Source of the DNA: Botryllus schlosseri
Taxonomy: Eukaryota
DNA: 64,000 nt
Assembly: GCA_051294905.1 (NCBI GenBank)
Contig: CM119386.1
Coordinates: 19,344,001-19,408,000, forward strand
Direction: 5' to 3'
Below, piece after piece: positions 61,682 through 64,000 of the stretch. Within the stretch, counting starts at the first letter, position 1. Every line of letters starts with the position of its first letter. Both the position numbers and the translations under genes were made by a program. A model generated the notes under the pieces. That model ran no database searches. It saw nothing but the letters and a program-made list of their open reading frames with translations, and was not told the origin of the DNA.

Positions 61682-64000
61682 CAGACATGGGGTAATCGCG
61701 ATTAGTAATCGTAATCGATTACGACGATTACAGCATTTTCAAGTAATCGTAATCGCAATCGATTACATTCGAAAAAATTCCGAAGTAATCGTAATCGTAA
61801 TCGACTACTTCGCATATCTATTATCTAATCGATTTATTAGTGAAAGAACGATTACTTTTTATTTTTACAAGGAGTGTGACATAAACTGAACATTCGTGAG
61901 CAAGGAAGAGATATTATACCAGGTTCGCGATAGCACACACGTCTGAATTCCAAATGCTATTGCTCATTATTACGTCAGAAGTAGCCTATTAGCTTTGCTC
62001 GTCATTGCGTAAGAATTATCCACAGTAAATAGATATTCGATGTACGTAGCCTACATTATTAGTGTGATTGTAAGAACACCCGCCGTGCTGTATATCAGGT
62101 TATCAACACGTTCCACACGCCACTCCCTCGCAGCAGGATAATTAATCTCCATTCTGCCTATAGTTTAAAATAGTAACTTATGTATTGATGTTTGGCTATG
62201 CTTAGTTAAACGCAGTTTGACCGTTGCTTCTTGGCGAGCAGTAGGCCTATGTAGGCTACTACGTACATACACCGGACAAAGATTTGAAATTTTGTACTCA
62301 CCAAATAAAACATTACGGTTTCCACAAGGAAGTAGTAAGAATTTACAGCTAATGATATATATCATAACCGAGCCGTCTTTGCCGTATCACGTAACGGCAG
62401 CGTGCAGTACATTATCTGTATGGCGTTGAAGGCAGAATTTTATGTTCGCTTCATCGGGCCAGGGCTTCATCTTATTCTGATATGACTCTACTTGAAACGG
62501 GCGTCAATCGTTATTTCACAATTCTTTACTCAACATTGGGACCTGTCGCCATGGCCATGGGCTTCTATACCATGTCAGCGTGGGTTGTAGCTAGAATCTG
62601 GACCTAAACAGCAATTCGTCCCCCAGTCCAAACGTTGATATTTGGCCCCATTAGGGTGGTATTTTCAAGCTGAAGACTGAATTTCCTCAATATTATTAGT
62701 AATTGCAATATATTACTATAAATTTTTAAGCCTCTCTGAGCCCCGATGGTCAGATTTACCTGTAGAGCTGGGAGCACGTAATTCATAATTATAACGTCCG
62801 GTATCTTGTTATAATTACTTTAGTTTATGTTGTTTATTCGTGACCTCCGGTCTGTTAATAATCAAAAGATATTGAAGTGGCGCAAGAACTTTGGTGAGAT
62901 GCACACACAAATTGTCATGTCTTTAAAACTCTGCGGGTGACCCGGGTGGCATTTGCATTATGAGCTCAGATTGGACGGACCGGAATATTAGTCACATCCA
63001 CCCAGCGTGGCTATTGACAACGGACACATACCCAAAGTTTCGACCAAGGTCTCTCTTTAGTAGCACGCACTTCGTGAAGTCGCGTGTTGGTGGAAACTAT
63101 GTATATCTTTTGGTGTGTCGTGGCACGGTATTCACTGGCACCTAAATGCCTATTACTGTAAATTAGGGTTGCATTTAAAACAAAAATCAATTTAAAACAG
63201 ACATGTTTAAAACAAGGCCCTTGTTTAAAAAATGTTTTTTTTTTTTTAAAACCACGACGTCACGAATATAAAATTGTGACATCCTAGTGGATTGAAATTG
63301 ACAATTGAAAATATAGGGTAAATATAGCTCATTTGACGAAAGATCTGGACTATATAACTGTTGAACAGACTATATTGAGGGTTCCAACCATCCCATATCG
63401 ATGTACGTCGGCCAAATCGGGTGGTAATTGTCCGTAGGCTCATACAAAATGTTTTTTGGAAAGTGTTTACACAATTATGGCATAATGTTACAACTTTAAA
63501 AACACAATTTAGTTTTTTTTTTAAGTCTTTGTTTTTAAAACACCGTTTAAAACATGTTTTAAACAAAGTGTTTTAACGGAGGAGACGTATACATTTCAAA
63601 ATCAAGCTATCCAGAGAGAATTTTCAAGTTAATTAAATCTCTCGCAAAGACTGTATATAATTTATGTTGGTTTACAAAATACTTTTGAGTCCCCTTCGAT
63701 CTCGCTCCCCACCCTATTGGGAAATTTGGGGGCGGCGGTTACGGACTGGCAAGAATGCAAATCGTTGGGTGCGATAAATCGACCTCTATAAAAATGGGCA
63801 ATCGGCACATGATGACGTAACAAGCCAATGCCGCATCGTTTTTTAAAGGAAGTTTGTTATCTCATGAGGCCTTTTCAGCGCAATCCATATATTGCCTACC
63901 GATATAACTTCTAAGATGCAAAATAAATGTAATCGTGAGTAATCGTGGTTACTTTTCCAATGTAATCGTAATCGACTACTTCCTGATTTTGCTGTAATCG
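61682..64000. mobile_element. Large (GTAATC)n hAT, copy 3 (runs off the window end)
   Basis: Left TIR CAGACATGGGG; colinear with copies 1 and 2; the window ends inside the right subterminal repeats. Confidence 0.9.
63164..63580 (+). mobile_element. Truncated TAGGGTTGCATTT MITE nested in copy 3
   Basis: Homologous to 7737-8125; absent from copies 1 and 2. Confidence 0.8.

Noticed and set aside
1-64000. Prokaryotic operons, rRNA, CRISPR-Cas, intact transposase or retroelement ORFs
   Set aside because: None seen. The longest ORF is 175 aa and all real genes are intron-split.

Overview
AT-rich animal genomic DNA (spliceosomal GT-AG genes with ~60-70 nt introns, many hAT elements). It is not prokaryotic, and most ORFs in the six-frame track are spurious. 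An invertebrate chordate (ascidian-like) origin is inferred from the FN1 modules, CatSper and compact introns, but is not proven. Three spliced genes could be rebuilt by hand with consistent intron phases: (1) a complete 9-exon CatSper3 sperm Ca2+ channel subunit (minus, 44104-34621, 410 aa, pore TVDGW); (2) a convergent 4-exon unrecognised gene (plus, 28100-34425, 186 aa); (3) a 5'-incomplete 11-exon gene (plus, 54346-60458) encoding at least six tandem fibronectin type I-like modules, a Sushi/CCP-like module and a short Cys-containing tail, which is the best novelty candidate. The rest is dominated by non-autonomous hAT elements with readable 8-bp TSDs, including a 6.6-kb four-level nested stack and three copies of a 2.3-2.8 kb (GTAATC)n-ended family. 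Also present: tRNA-derived SINEs, a degenerate tRNA-Val(AAC), a lone LTR fused to a 35-nt copy of mature tRNA-Leu, and a probable secreted-protein gene broken by a 36-bp perfect palindrome.
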